This document shows, one piece after another, positions 1 through 13,029 of a stretch of DNA of 64,000 nt. Position numbers and translations under genes: made by a program. The DNA is taken from assembly GCA_030141605.1 (NCBI GenBank), contig JAQGDQ010001020.1, positions 1 to 64,000 of the forward strand. The letters are read 5' to 3'. The notes beneath the pieces are model-generated. The model was not told where the DNA came from, made no database searches, and saw only the letters and a list, made by a program, of their open reading frames with translations. Position 1 is the stretch's first letter, and the number at the start of each line of letters is the position of its first letter. The DNA is from Tubiluchus corallicola (taxonomy: Eukaryota > Animalia > Priapulida).

Positions 1-1870
1 TTCCTGTGACGTCATTGGTTAAAATCCAGGATCAATTCTCTGAAAATATCAGTTCTGTTCTTTTGGATGCAAACTTTGTCTTTGATTTTCCTGATGACTC
101 CAAAAACTAGTATTTGTATTTGTCGTTTTGTATACCTTACTCCTTTCATAACATATTCCTTGCAAAATATTATAACTATATGTATGCAAAATTTCTCTCC
201 ATTAACACAAACCATTTTATAATTACTGATTACACTTCTGCAAAAATGAAAATATAATCACCTCTCAAAAAACTAAAACTATGATGTGTGAACCTTCTCC
301 CATGACCCTCTTTCTCCAAACTGTTTTTTACCGCTGTCCTGTTCTTACTGACCTACCTAACTTTTCCTTTTTCACATTTATTAAATAATTCTTTTCTCTC
401 TAGTACAAACTACATTACTGACAATTGCCACGTGCCACTTAGCTGGTCGGCCGCTGCTTAGCGATATAGTTCAGTACAAGCTAAAGACATGTGCTCGCGC
501 TCAGCATAACTGCTTTAGTTATCGCATTTCAAGGACAAATTTTTACATTGGTTTTCATAAATACATTTTCCTATGACGTCATTGGTTAAAATCCAGGATC
601 AATTTTCTGAAAATATCAGTTCTGTTCTTTTGTCTTTCATTTTCCTGTCACTTAAAAATTACAAGTCTGCAGCTTGAAGTTAAAATTATAATCAGAATGA
701 TTGTAACGATCTCTGCATCAAATCTTGCAGTAAATACTCGTGTAAGTTTACCCAAGTTATAACAACGTTACAAGTTAATTCAAACATTTTTGTTTTCATT
801 AACAAAAATCTGTAACTGACCGTGTTACTATTTCATGCATATAGAGCCACCTGTGTTCATTATTCTTACTAATTGGCCAGTTGCGCATGCGCAACAATGT
901 TGTTTATTCGCTGTATGTTACAGAAAGTTTAAGAGCTTTTATTTAAACTGTATTTATTTTTCTAACTATTACTAACATTTATTAAATTATATTATTATTA
1001 AAGCTGCATATTCATCTGCACAAAGATTTCGTCTTTACAAGTGAATTTTGATGTGGCAGTAACTCATATGAGGAGATTTCATTTCTTGTCTGTGTAAGTA
1101 GTTAGCAATGTACATTTCTGGTTGATTTAATTACCCCAGCCCTGGGGGGGGACGCGTGACCCCTGACCCGGTAATTCTATTGTTTTTGTTAGTTAAGTGG
1201 TCAATTAGGCAATTAGAGCGACGATTTAGGGATTAGGAGTGACGGTCGTCGCCCCTGCAATTTTTCCGGGGGGTGTTTTACAAATTAGGGACCCCACCCG
1301 CTACGAGGCAACTGCAAAAGGCACGCGCCAACACCCCGCCGGACTAGAATGCAGCCATCCGGTGAGAGCACCTGTCAGCACGTGCGGCGCATGCCTGCCA
1401 TAGATAATTACTTAATGATTGTCTTAATCCGGTAATTAACTAGCGCATCTGTCGACTGACCAGATGAGGTGTTCAGTTACACAATGCCGCCAGTTAGATA
1501 ATTACATAAATAGATAATTGATGTTTTTGAATGATGACTTCTGTGCAGCTATTTGAGTGTGTGCGTGTGTGTAGGTATTTTAAGAGCACACAGTGTGGCA
1601 TTTAATGTTTAGTAGTATAAAGTCGTTTGTATTTGAGCCGAGGCTAACGAAAGTCGGTAGCCTGCACAGTTTTTGAAAGATCCCTATTCGCGAGAGTGTA
1701 AAATTTGTGTATGTGTCACTTCTGTTGCCGTTAAATAATCAATGGCAATGCTTAAAAATTTTATTTCTCGAGAGAAAGAAATATTTAGTAGATAATGTAT
1801 GACTAAATAAATCACTATAAGTTATTGCAAATGTATTACATAACACTTTTATTGATATTATAATGTAGGA

Positions 1871-2367
1871 CTATTTTACAGTCGACACCATTAAATACAA
1901 AACCATGTACGAATATTTTATAATCGACACCATTAAATACAAAACCATGTACGAATAGTTTACAGTCGGCAACAATGAATACAAAACCGTTTTTGTGCGA
2001 ACACTGAGGGCGCTACTGTACCACTTTTGATGCTTAAGTTTGGCGTGCATCCTTAGACCAACTAAAGTATTAAAGAGGCCACCACAGTGTTCGCACAAAA
2101 ACGGCTTTGTATTCACGTTTCGTTCGATAATATTGTGGCGTAACGCCCGTGTTTACGAAGGTGTGTCTGCAATCCACTATCTGTCATCAACATATGTCCA
2201 CAGACATGACACAGACGCATTTTCTCGTGTCCACAATGCACGGTGGTGATGTGCCGTTTCATTGCAGTCATGCTTTTAAAAAGACGGCCACATACATCGC
2301 ACTTGGCAATATCCAATTTTTTCACTACCACTTTTGCCTTGAAAATGCGAAGATGGTCCGGCCCCAT
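1871..2367 (-). pseudogene. C2H2 zinc-finger gene, 3 fingers, frameshifted near 2115
   Basis: CDVC..HITTVH and CHVC..HLRKH in ORF 2113-2469; CEHC..HAKLKH in ORF 1871-2116. Likely ATG at 2367 (MGPDHLRIF), by homology to copy B. Confidence 0.75.
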
Positions 2368-2696
2368 GATGATAGTGCGTGTACAATGAACGTCGAGTCG
2401 TCTAAGAATTATGCGAGTGGTCAAAATACGATGATCTGTAAATTGACCAAATATGCAGTATACTCGCATTTGGTCAAATTCTGTAAAAAATAATGAATAC
2501 CGATCATTTAAACAGCGTGGTTATAGCTTAAGCATTGCGTGAGTGTTTTTTTTAACAGAGCATTGCCTTAGTTTTTCACAGATAAGAGATAACAGCTTAA
2601 GCATTAAGCGAACGTGTCTCTGTAAAAAACAGACTAAAGAAATTTATTTTAAGTGCACACACGCACGCACGCACACACACACACACACACACACAC

Positions 2697-3060
2697 AATC
2701 TCGGATTGGGATAATTGATTGTGAGAATGGTATAGCATGGTCAGAAACCCATTGTGGACGCTTAATCTCGGATTTGGATAATTGATTGTGAGAATGGTAT
2801 AGCATGGTCAGAAACCCATTGTGGATGCTTAATCTCGGATTGGGATAATTGATTGTGAGGATGGTATAGCATGGTCAGAAACCCATTGTGGATGCTTAAT
2901 CTCGGATTGGGATAATTGATTGTGAGAATGGTATAGCATGGTCAGAAACCCATTGTGGATGCTTAATCTCGGATTGGGATAATTGATTGTGAGAATGGCA
3001 TAGCATGGTCAGAAACCCATTGTGGATACTTAATCTCGGATTGGGATAATTGATTGTGGG
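2697..3060 (+). repeat. 67-bp tandem repeat, ~5.4 copies
   Basis: Unit aatctcggattgggataattgattgtgagaatgg... starts at 2697, 2764, 2831, 2898, 2965, 3032. A single-copy homologue lies at ~7620. Confidence 0.95.
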
Positions 3061-3523
3061 AAAACAACGTGTCTCCAATCCGAGAAGACTCCAAGGTTAA
3101 AGTACAGCTGGAAGTATCAATTTTAAAGATTGCCTTGTCGTGGAAATTGCAATAGCGGGCGAGTATAATTTTTAAATGGAAGACTGTACTTTTGTTTGCT
3201 TGATGCGTGTATTATCTCTTTCTTAGTTTTTCAAAGAAACCGGGGTTAGGATTTTATAGAAAATTATTTATATAATATTATTATATATTATAGATTTTAT
3301 AGATTTGCCAGAAAATTAGAAAGGTGGTTAGTAGAAAATAGAAATTTTTATTCTTTATGAAGTCTGTACACTGATTATATTAACCAAAGTCTGTACAGCG
3401 ATTGTTTAATCAGAGAGTCAAAAAGAAAACAATTTTTCCTTTATAAAGACTGTATACTGAATGGTTAATATATATATAAATTTTTCCATTTGTAAACTTT
3501 TATAAAGTCTGTACACTGATACG

Positions 3524-3815
3524 ATGCGACTTATTCTCTACAGTATAAATGTATCATATATTGGAAAAGAAATTTAGACTGTTTTAGAAGAAGAATAAAG
3601 ACTGTACACTGCTTGGTTAATAATGCGACTTATTCTCTACAGTATAAATGTATCATATATTGGAAAAGAAATTTAGACTGTTTTAGAAGAAGAATAAAGA
3701 CTGTACACTGCTTGGTTAATAATGCGACTTATTCTCTACAGTATAAATGTATCATATATTGGAAAAGAAATTTAGACTGTTTTAAGAGAAGAAGAAGAAG
3801 AATAAATACTGTACC
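3524..3815 (+). repeat. 99-bp tandem repeat, ~3 copies
   Basis: atgcgacttattctctacag at 3524, 3623, 3722. Confidence 0.95.
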
Positions 3816-3837
3816 ACTAACGGCGACAACAACAGCC

Positions 3838-5026
3838 ATGCAGCCATCCACTAGTATGGAAGAAAATGGATCTACTCCAATTCGACAAATGCGTCCACCC
3901 AATACACCGACATCATTCATCCATCGTGAAAGGTTAGTAATCTTTTATTACTGTTATTAAATGAATGCGTGTGCGTGTGTGCTACTCGATTACAGTCGAT
4001 TCGTGCTGAAACATGTCCTTTTTTCTTTCTTTTCAGTGCACATGACTAGTGGATGGCGCATTGCACGTATGGAGATGCAAAATCTTAGGCATAGATATAA
4101 AATGGATTTTGGATGATATTTCTGTTGCCATTGAAATGTTAGGGCAAGCGCATTTAAAAACTGGGTTTGCCATGCACATACAAATAATTGTATGTGCCAC
4201 AAGTGACCATCTGCTCGGAGATGATTTAGTAGAGGGAAAAAGAGATTCATATTTCCATAGTGGATTTCTCGATTTTTGGTATAGCATTGCCAGAGACACC
4301 ATTGTGGAAAATATCGATTCTTATTCGAGAGATAGCTCTGGTTATGTGATAAGTTGTTTCTCATTTATCGAAATTCAACTGGCGAGGTATGAACGTCTCT
4401 CTCGTGTCAAAGGGCATGTGGCTTTTGTAAATTACCCAGTGAGTGAGTAAATAAAAGGGCGCTGCTCAATATCTCCTCTAAACACGATGCACTCTGTTTC
4501 AAATATGCTATTTTAGGCTCTTTGTATCATCATTTATTAACGAATTGGACCAGACGCTTTGCTCGCAGTTATGATCAGTTTGCTCACAATTTCAATTGGC
4601 ATCATATCGAATTTCCCGCCAAACCGATTTCTGCCGCCAAAGCTTTTCCGAAATTTAATCCCGAATATTGTTTAAACATTTTCATGTATTCTAGCAGAGA
4701 TGCTAAAAACAAACGTTTTAAAAACGTATATACAATCCTCCGTGCCGATAGGCAGAAGGAAGGAAATTTATAAATATTTTACTTTACAATCCTCTTAAGT
4801 CGAGTCAAGCCGATTATACTCCATGTCATTATCTAACCATCACCAATCTTGACCGCCTGCTAAATAAATCTAGTGAAAAACGTAAATTCTTTGAAAGATG
4901 TCGAAGGCCATTCTATGCAAAAGGTATTTCTTTTGAACGTCATAGAAGCGAATGCTATCAAGTTGACGCATGCGCGCAAGAAAGATTACCTCCACCGCAC
5001 ACCAAATTAGGCTTTACAAACATACG
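3838..5026 (+). pseudogene. pPolB N-terminal part (copy A), with intron 3933-4036, stops and frameshifts
   Basis: Clear homology to copy B (WILDDISVAIEMLGQAHL, EIQLARYE, CFKYAILG, IEFPAKP, FNPEYCLNIFMY, ERLPPPHTKLGF). Donor AG|gttagt and acceptor tttcag. Ends abruptly at 5026. Confidence 0.8.
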
Positions 5027-5769
5027 AGTAGTGAAGATGTTTAACCTCTGCCCGATAGGCCAGGCCCCCTTTGGCTGCCCGGGGGGGAGGGGGGGGTGAG
5101 GGGTGGTGGGGGATGGGTGACAAAAACACCCCTAAAAAGTGCGAAAATCTGCGGACACCCCTAAAAAAGTGAAGTGGCTCTATTGTTCTGCTAGTTAAGT
5201 GACCAATTTAAGGATTAGGAGTGACGGTTGGGACTCCCACAACTTTTTCGGGGGGGAGGGGTGTTTTACGAATTGGGCACCCTGGGCCGCGTGAAACGCC
5301 TGGTGAGAACACCCCCACTGCGGTAAATGCACTCATCCGATCGAGCAGGCAGGCGGGGCGAGGACACGCGCCAGCGCACTTCGCTCCACCTTAGCTAGAT
5401 AATTGTGCCTAATCCGGTAATCGACTCGCACCTAGCTGGCTACTAGATAATGGGGTCTTAATCCCGTAATTGACTTGCGCGCGAGGCTACACTAAAAGAT
5501 TTCTTTACGTGCACACTTTCGTCATTAAATAGTTAGAATGTTCTTTATCCATATTTAAGTTACGATACAATTTTTTAAAATTTTACCCTACCTTTATCTA
5601 GGATGGATGGATGCTGCCGAAAAGCCTCCTTCACTCTGTCCGTCCAATACGGTCACATTAGCACAAACTCGTATCGGTGCAACATACACCCGGCTCACAT
5701 CACTGAGCATGATTATCCTTCACTCCGTCCAATACGGCTAGTCCAATACGAGCATTAGCACAATCTCAC

Positions 5770-6340
5770 ATCACAGATGTGAGTGCCACGTTACACCCGC
5801 TAATGTGGGTAAGAGCAGCCCACATTGCCCACACAAAAATGGCTCTGCATCATCATCATCATCATAATCCATGTCGTCGTCGTTGTCATCATCATCATCC
5901 GTGTCGTCGTCGTCATCATCACAGCCACCATTTTGTTGCTGCTACTGTTGTGGGGCGTGCCTCTCTAAAGCTGCCAATGTGTGGAACAGCAGGCCGCATT
6001 GGCCGCACAAAAAAGGCCCTGCATCATCATCATCATCATCATCGCCGCCGCCATCTCGGCCACCATTTTAATGCTGCCGTTGTTGTTGTTGTTGTTGCTG
6101 CTGCTGCCGCTGTCGTCTCGCTCGATGTCTCTGTAGTAGATGAGAGCGTAGACCGAATTGCGTCATGACTGTATGACCACACACGTGGCAAAGAAAGTTT
6201 CTTTCGTGGCCATAATGATCAATTGTGACGTGCCTCAGCATAGCTCTCATACTATGACAGACCCGCCCGCATATATCGCAGGTGATAATGCGTAATCTTC
6301 TCACTGCCACCTGGCACCCGAAAATGCGTTCTGGGTCCAT
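5770..6340 (-). pseudogene. C2H2 zinc-finger gene, up to 4 fingers with poly-Q and poly-D linkers, in-frame stops
   Basis: CDIC..HVTIDH and CHVC..HLLQRH. Reading through the TAA at ~6068 gives GPFLCGQCGLLFHTLAALERH and then EPFLCGQCGLLLPTLAGVTWH. Confidence 0.75.
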
Positions 6341-8054
6341 GATGATGATTAAGGCGATATAGCGGTGTTTGTCAATTCTTATAAAGCCATATTCTGTAAG
6401 AAAATAATTAACGCTATTCAAACGTTATAGCATGGAATTCGCATGTGCACACGTTATTGCAAAAGAAGAAGAATTTCACTTACGCGAATTATGATGTCAT
6501 TAAAGTCTATTGCTTTGCTATTGAAAAAGCAATAAAGTGTCATAAAACACGCTAAAGAATAAAATTACACTTACCCCAAATTTCGGAGTAATACTGTTTT
6601 TCTACAAAGAAATATATTAATGGTGATTATGCAGAAATTAAAATAAGCTTTGCTAATTGTGCTCTTAAAATCGAGAGCGCCACTATTACGATGCGCAAAT
6701 TAAAATAAGCTTTGCTAATGAGTGCGCAAATCTGCACCCACGCCAAAGTGCTAAAAATCCCTTAATTAACACCATCATCATCATCATTATCATAATTATC
6801 GCATCATCTTGCTGCAGCAGCCGAAAAGTTTTTCCCACAGAATCCATGAAAGAGAACCTTTAAACGCCAATGTATCTCTTCCGTGCCACTTAGCTAAGCG
6901 TGGATTAACCGTCATCAGGCGTGCCGTTGTGGTAACTTTATTCGCGATTTCGGAGATAAGCTCCCCCCCAGGTCATTTTCTCGAAGGCCAGCGCTGGCCA
7001 TATAAGAACTAGTTTTGTCTATCAAAATCAGTCACGACTTTGCCGTGTTCAAACGTGTTACAGTTCTCTGGGGTGAGTTATATTAATAATCTTAGTATAT
7101 ATGAAAAAAATGCAATTGATTTTAGAACATTGATGATTTGCAGCCAAGAAAAGGAGGACATTGAAGAATTGTGTGTGTGCGTGCGTGCGTGTGTGTATAA
7201 AAATTTTAATGCTTTAGAACAGGATAGAATGATTTTAGAGCATCATTTTTTTCTTCGATAATTTTAGAACATTGCCAAGAAAGATAGCTCGCAGTCATCG
7301 TTCTTCTTGTCTTTCAAAGACGGTGAGTGGGAACCATAATTTAATATTCGCATTATTGGAAGGCTAGTTGCTTTGCTAATTCGCGAAATGACGTGTGAAA
7401 GTATATTATATTTGCTGTATTCTTCAATAATTTCTTTTTAAACAACTAATCGAAGTAAGTAAGTAAACGCTTTTAGCGATGAATTAACAGCAAATTATAA
7501 TATTCGTCGTATTAATTCATATTCTTTTGACCAATTTGTTAGCATTAGCAGAGAAGATAGACATATTATTATTAGGATATCTACGGTATAGTACATCTAA
7601 GAACCTATTGAAGATGGTTAATCTCGGATTGGAATAATTGATTGTGAGAAAAACGTCCAATCCGGGTGATGGCTGTAAGTATTAATGGCGTGCGTGTATA
7701 ACTTTTAAATGAAAAACTTAAATAGTAATCTCTTAGTATTATTACAAAGAAAGCGTGATTAGGAAAGGTACTTAGTAGAAAAATATCTCTTAGTATTATT
7801 ACAAAGAAAGCGTGATTAAGATTTTGATGACCTTGTCAGAAAATTAGAAAGGTACTTAGTAGAAAAAATGGAAATTTTATTCTTTATGAAGACTATACTC
7901 TACTTGAATAATAATAATAATGACGAAGACTATAGTCTACTTGAATAATAATGCCTCTATACTATAAATGTATCATTGATTACAAAAGAATAGGTCGAAT
8001 GCTACTTGGTTAATATTCTTTAAACGACTCTATTCTTTTTCTTAGATTAACAAA

Positions 8055-10765
8055 ATGTCGTCATCAACGCCAACGACGGTGACGACAACATCATCAACAC
8101 CGACAACATCATCAACAAGAACACCCTCGTCATCATCATCATCGACGCCAGTAACCTTCGCGCAACCTTCAAGAAGGGGAGACATTTGGATGCTATCGTT
8201 TAAAAAAATTCTCGACTATAGCAGGTATATATATATAATAAAGAAAACTTTACACAGTGTTTTTTCTCATTGCTAACGATGCTAATGTCGCCCTCTTTTG
8301 GTCATTGTATAAAATAAATTTCCTTTTACAGAAAGCACTCTTCAGTGGCGAGTCCATCATCATCATCATCGACCACACATCCAACCGGTATTGATACAGA
8401 AGAAGAATCTATGAACCACGTGGCTCAAATGCGTCCACCAGGGGCGAGATCTTTCGTGCATCACGAAAGGTTAGTAATCTCTTATATTAATGTTATTAAA
8501 GGAATTTACACTGCGCGCATTCGCTTCATGCTATTTTTATCGATGTTATTAAAGGAATTTGTGCGTATGCATATTATTTACAACTAAAACATGTCCCTTT
8601 TTCTTTTCAGTTGATATGAATTCCACCTGGTAGATGATGCCCATAATGGAACGTTTATTAAAGGAATTTGTGCGTATGCATATTATTTACAACTAAAACA
8701 TGTCCCTTTTTCTTTTCAGTTGATATGAATTCCACCCGGTAGATGATGCCCATAATGGAACGTTACACGTATGGAGGAGTAGAACCTCGGGTATAGATAT
8801 AGAATGGATTTTGGATGATATTTCTGTTGCCATTGAAATGTTAGGTCAAGCGCATTTAGACAGCGGTTTTGCCATGCGCATACAACTAACCGTAAATGCC
8901 ACAATTGTCCATCCCCTCGCCTATGAAGAAGTAGAGAGAAAAACAGATTCATATTTCAATAGTGGATTTCACGATTTTTGGGACGATTGGTATGGGACGC
9001 ATGGCTAGAGGCATTTTAGTCGAAAATATCGAATCTTATTCGAAAAATGGCTCTGGTTATGTGATAAGTGATTTCCCATTTATTGAAATTCAACTGGCGA
9101 GGTATGAACATCTCTCTACTGTTAAGCGTCACGGAGGATTTTATAAATTACCCACTGAATTATTAGCCAAAAAAGCGCTGCTCAATATCTCCTCCGAACA
9201 TGATGCTCTCTGTTTCAAATATGCCATTTTAGGGTCTTTATATGCTCATTTATTAACAAAGCACGAGAAACGCCTTAGCGACAATTATGATCAGTTTTCG
9301 CACCATTTAAATTGGCAGCATATCGAATTTCCCGCCAAACCGCTTTCTGCCGCCATAGCTTTTCAGAAATTTAATCCGGAGTATTGTTTAAACATTTTTA
9401 TGTATTCTAACAGAGATGCTAAAAACAAGCGTTTTAAATGCATTTACAATCCTCCGCGCAGAATAGTAGAAGGCAGAAAATTTATTAATCTTTTACTGTA
9501 TAATCCACTTAAGTCCAGTCAAGCCGATTATACTCATTGTCATTATCTAACCAACACCAATCTCGACCGCCTGCTAAAAAAACAGGGTGAAACGCGTAAT
9601 TATTGCGAAAGATGCCTGCGCCCATTTTATAGAAATCGTATTACTCTTGAACAGCATAGACGCGTATGTTACACTATCGACGGACGCGTGCAAGAAAAAT
9701 TACCACCTCCACACACCAAATTAGGCTTTAGCAATATTCGCAAAACCATGTCACCTAGTTACATCGCATATTGTGACTTCGAAGCCATACTTTTGGCTAA
9801 TGATGACCCAAATAATCCACTTTTGAAAACTAAGCATGAACCTTTTGCGGCGGGAATATATTTAGTGCCTGAAGAAACCATGTTGGCAAATCCCCTCCCC
9901 TGCGATTATAAGCAATTCGTTGGCAAAGATTGTACGCGTCAATTAATGCTCTATCTTCATGAATTGGCGCAACGTATACACCGATGGAATTTGGCATACG
10001 CTAAACAGCCACTATGCATGAGTGCTCGTGATGGAGAAATTTTTCAAAATGCTACTCATTGCGTCTACTGTAAAACGGTATTCACCGAAGCAGAAAAAAT
10101 ACGTGAACACTGCCACTTAAGAGGTGTTTACCGTGGGGTGGCGTGTATTTCATGTAATGCTAAAATGAGAAGTTATGATAATTATCTTCATGTCGTTATA
10201 CATAATTTTAGAAATTACGACTCGCATTTTATATTGCAACATGGCATCATTAAAGATTCTCGCATTAACGTGGTAGCACAGACCTCGGAAAAATACCTCA
10301 CTCTTAGGTGGTCCTTTAAAGCAGAACAAAAAACCCGCGCATCAAAAAAGACCCGATTTGATACAAATAATTTTCATCGATTCTTTCCAACATCTCCACT
10401 CTAGCCTAGCGACAAACTTAAACGAGCGCAAACACGCAAATCTCATGATGCTTGATTATCATTTGCTTTCGAAATCCACAATTGATGGCAAAGGAATTAT
10501 GTGTTATGAATATATTAATAATTCATCCGTGTTGGAAGAAAAACGTCTCCCCGCCATAGAGGATTTTTATAGCTCTTTGACAGGAGAAACTGTATCGGAA
10601 ACAGATTATGAATTAGCGCAAACTGCATGGCGCGAATTTGGCCGTCGCAATCTGTGAGACTATTATCTTAGATATTTAGAATTAGATTGTAGATTATTGG
10701 CGGACGTGTTTTGCGATTATCGAAGAATGTGCTTGCATCATTTACGGTTAGATCCAATCCACTCA
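8055..10765 (+). pseudogene. Protein-primed DNA polymerase B (Polinton-type), spliced; exons 8055-8224, 8332-8469, 8720-~10765
   Basis: ExoI YCDFEA, ExoII HNFRNYDSHFI, ExoIII-like YLELDCRLLADVF. HNH/EndoVII-like insert EHCHLRGVYRGVACISCN. CFKYAIL and HY motifs. Lesions: TGA at 8721, frameshifts at ~8990 and ~10350, TGA at 10655; truncated before the polymerase palm. Confidence 0.88.
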
Positions 10766-12119
10766 ATATACGAAGTATTTTAAAGTTTGAATAATAAACG
10801 GGATGTGTGAGCAAGTTTAAAGAAATTCTGCATCTTTCAAACTATTCAAATTTTATCAAATTCTATTATTTTGTTTTTTATTTTGACAATAACTGTAACA
10901 AAAATTAAGCAGGTCTTATTATCCTGCTATAACAATTTATTGAAGTTTATTTAGGTGTCTGTAAGTTCTTAAAAGGAAGAAAAGATTTGGTAGTAATATG
11001 GTCGACTTGTGCAAATAGATTGTGCTTAAAAAGTGAAGGGTCTATTAAACTTTGCGCCTATTAAAAATACTCAAGCAAACATTATTGGCACTATATTTCC
11101 AGTGCTGAAGAATTTGAGGCGGAGTTAAAAAGCTGTCATGGTGATCAACTCCAACACGTCAGTTTATAGGCGTAACTTTCAGATGCGTGAAGACGAGACA
11201 ACTGAAGCAAATCATTTGCTTCGCGGTCTTGCTATAAGCGTGAGCAGTGCTCCAGGAAAAAAACAAAACAGTTTTTAGTGAAGTGTAATACTGATTTTGA
11301 GTGCAAAATGTGTGATTTTGTTAAAAGCGAAAATTTTGTTTTCTGTACGAAACAATTTATTCTTCGCACTTAAACACAGAAGAGAATGTCTAAAATTAGT
11401 TTGATCAGTCATGAAGCTGTCCAAAATTTTTGAAAAATATTGTTCAAGAGACTCTAGATGCTTATACTGATCGCAATTTTTAGAAACAGTTTAAAATTAT
11501 TGTGTACAAACACGTATTGCACAGAAAAATATATATATGCACAGAAAATGAAGTCAGAAAAAGTGTAGTCAGCTTTCCCTATATTGTAAGTGAGGTAAAG
11601 ATATAATTAGTATATGATTTGTATTATTATGCATTATAAATCATAAGTGATTTGCATCCAATCTGATTACGCTGCAGTTGGAGTAACAAATAAAGTCTTT
11701 TACAGCAAATTGGAAGACATAGAGAGGGCAGCTTAGTAACTTATCATGACAGACTTAAAACTATGAAAAATTTAAAATCGAAAATATTGACTGTAAGAAA
11801 TTGAACTCTTTGTTAGTACAATGTGACACAATGAACTTGCCTGATGTGGAAAGCATTGTTGCAAAGTTTGGTCGGTTGTTGTACGAAATGTACATGCATT
11901 CTTGAAAGTACCTACAAATCTATAATTCGGTGCTTCTCAACAGGGGTCCATGCGCACTCCCAGGGGTGAATTTGAAGTACTCAGGGGGTGAAAATTGGAA
12001 AAGGGGGAATTGGGCGTGAATTATAAATTATTGGAATAGGGGGAAATTTGCATGAATTCAGTTTTGAGTTGAAAATTCATATCTACATCTGACTGGGAGA
12101 CAACAAATAATGAATGGCT

Positions 12120-12965
12120 TGATTAATGTTGCTGTAAGGCTTTGCTTTAGCTTCAATGGACGTTGCAGGAAATAAGAACGATTTTGTTATTGTCACAGTA
12201 ATGCTTTGCTTTAGCTTTAAATGGACTTTGCTGGAAATAAAGGACAATTTTATTGTTGTCACAGTAATGCTTTGCTTTAGCTTTAAATGGACTTTGCTGG
12301 AAATAAAGTACGATTTCATTATTGTCACAGTAATGCTTTGCTTCAGCTTTAAATGGACTTGCTGGAAATAAAGACGATTTTATTATTGTCACAATAATGA
12401 TTTGCTTCAGCTTTAAATGGACTTTGCTGGAAATAAAGGACGATTTTATTGTTGTCACAGTAATGCTTTGCTTCAGCTTTAAATGGACTTTGCTGGAAAT
12501 AAAGAACGATTTTATTATTGTCACAGTAATGCTTTGTTTCAGCTTTAAATGGACTTTGCTGGAAATAAAGAACGATTTTATTATTGTCACAGTAATGCTT
12601 TGCTTCAGCTTTAAATGGACTTTGCTGGAAATAAAGGACGATTTTATTGTTGTCACAGTAATGCTTTGCTTCAGCTTTAAATGGACTTTGCTGGAAATAA
12701 AGAACGATATTATTATTGTCACAGTAATGCTTTGTTTCAGCTTTAAATGGACTTTGCTGGAAATAAAGGACGATTTTATTGTTGTCACAGTAATGCTTTG
12801 CTTCAGCTTTAAATGGACTTTGCTGGAAATAAAGAACGATATTATTATTGTCACAGTAATGCTTTGCTTTAGCTTTAAATGGACTTTGCAGGAAATAAAG
12901 AACGATTTCATTATTGTCACAGTAATGCCTTGCTTTAGCTTTAAATGGACTTTGCTGGAAATAAA
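12120..12965 (+). repeat. 66-bp minisatellite, ~12.5 copies
   Basis: Unit gctttaaatggactttgctggaaataaag..cgattttattattgtcacagtaatgctttgcttca. Diverged relatives at 14660-14790 (+) and 33170-33365 (-). Confidence 0.95.
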
Positions 12966-13029
12966 AATGGCTTTATTATATATATATAATACATATATTC
13001 ATTCTTTGTTTGTCATTAAAATGGTTCAC

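Larger units (their letters stand above)
1097..5026 (+). mobile_element. Polinton/Maverick-like element A, left end, truncated
   Basis: Starts AGTAGT (1097-1102), a typical Polinton terminus. A GC-rich block (1135-1460) is homologous to 5040-5480, followed by a zinc-finger gene and a degenerate pPolB. No right end, integrase, ATPase or capsid gene seen. Confidence 0.65.
5027..10765 (+). mobile_element. Polinton/Maverick-like element B, left end, truncated within pPolB
   Basis: AGTAGT at 5027-5032 lies exactly where copy A pPolB breaks off. Shares the subterminal motif ctattgt..tagttaagtg..caatt..ggattaggagtgacggt and the gene order of element A. Confidence 0.7.

Noticed and set aside
1-640. 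~65-bp direct repeat at 1-63 and ~568-630
   Set aside because: Cut by the window edge; cannot distinguish an LTR from a local duplication.
5779-6168. His-rich plus-strand ORF
   Set aside because: Antisense reading of the poly-Asp (GAT)n linkers of the zinc-finger gene.
11925-12070. Possible hAT ends here and at ~36255 and ~36895
   Set aside because: No partner TIR or TSD could be identified.
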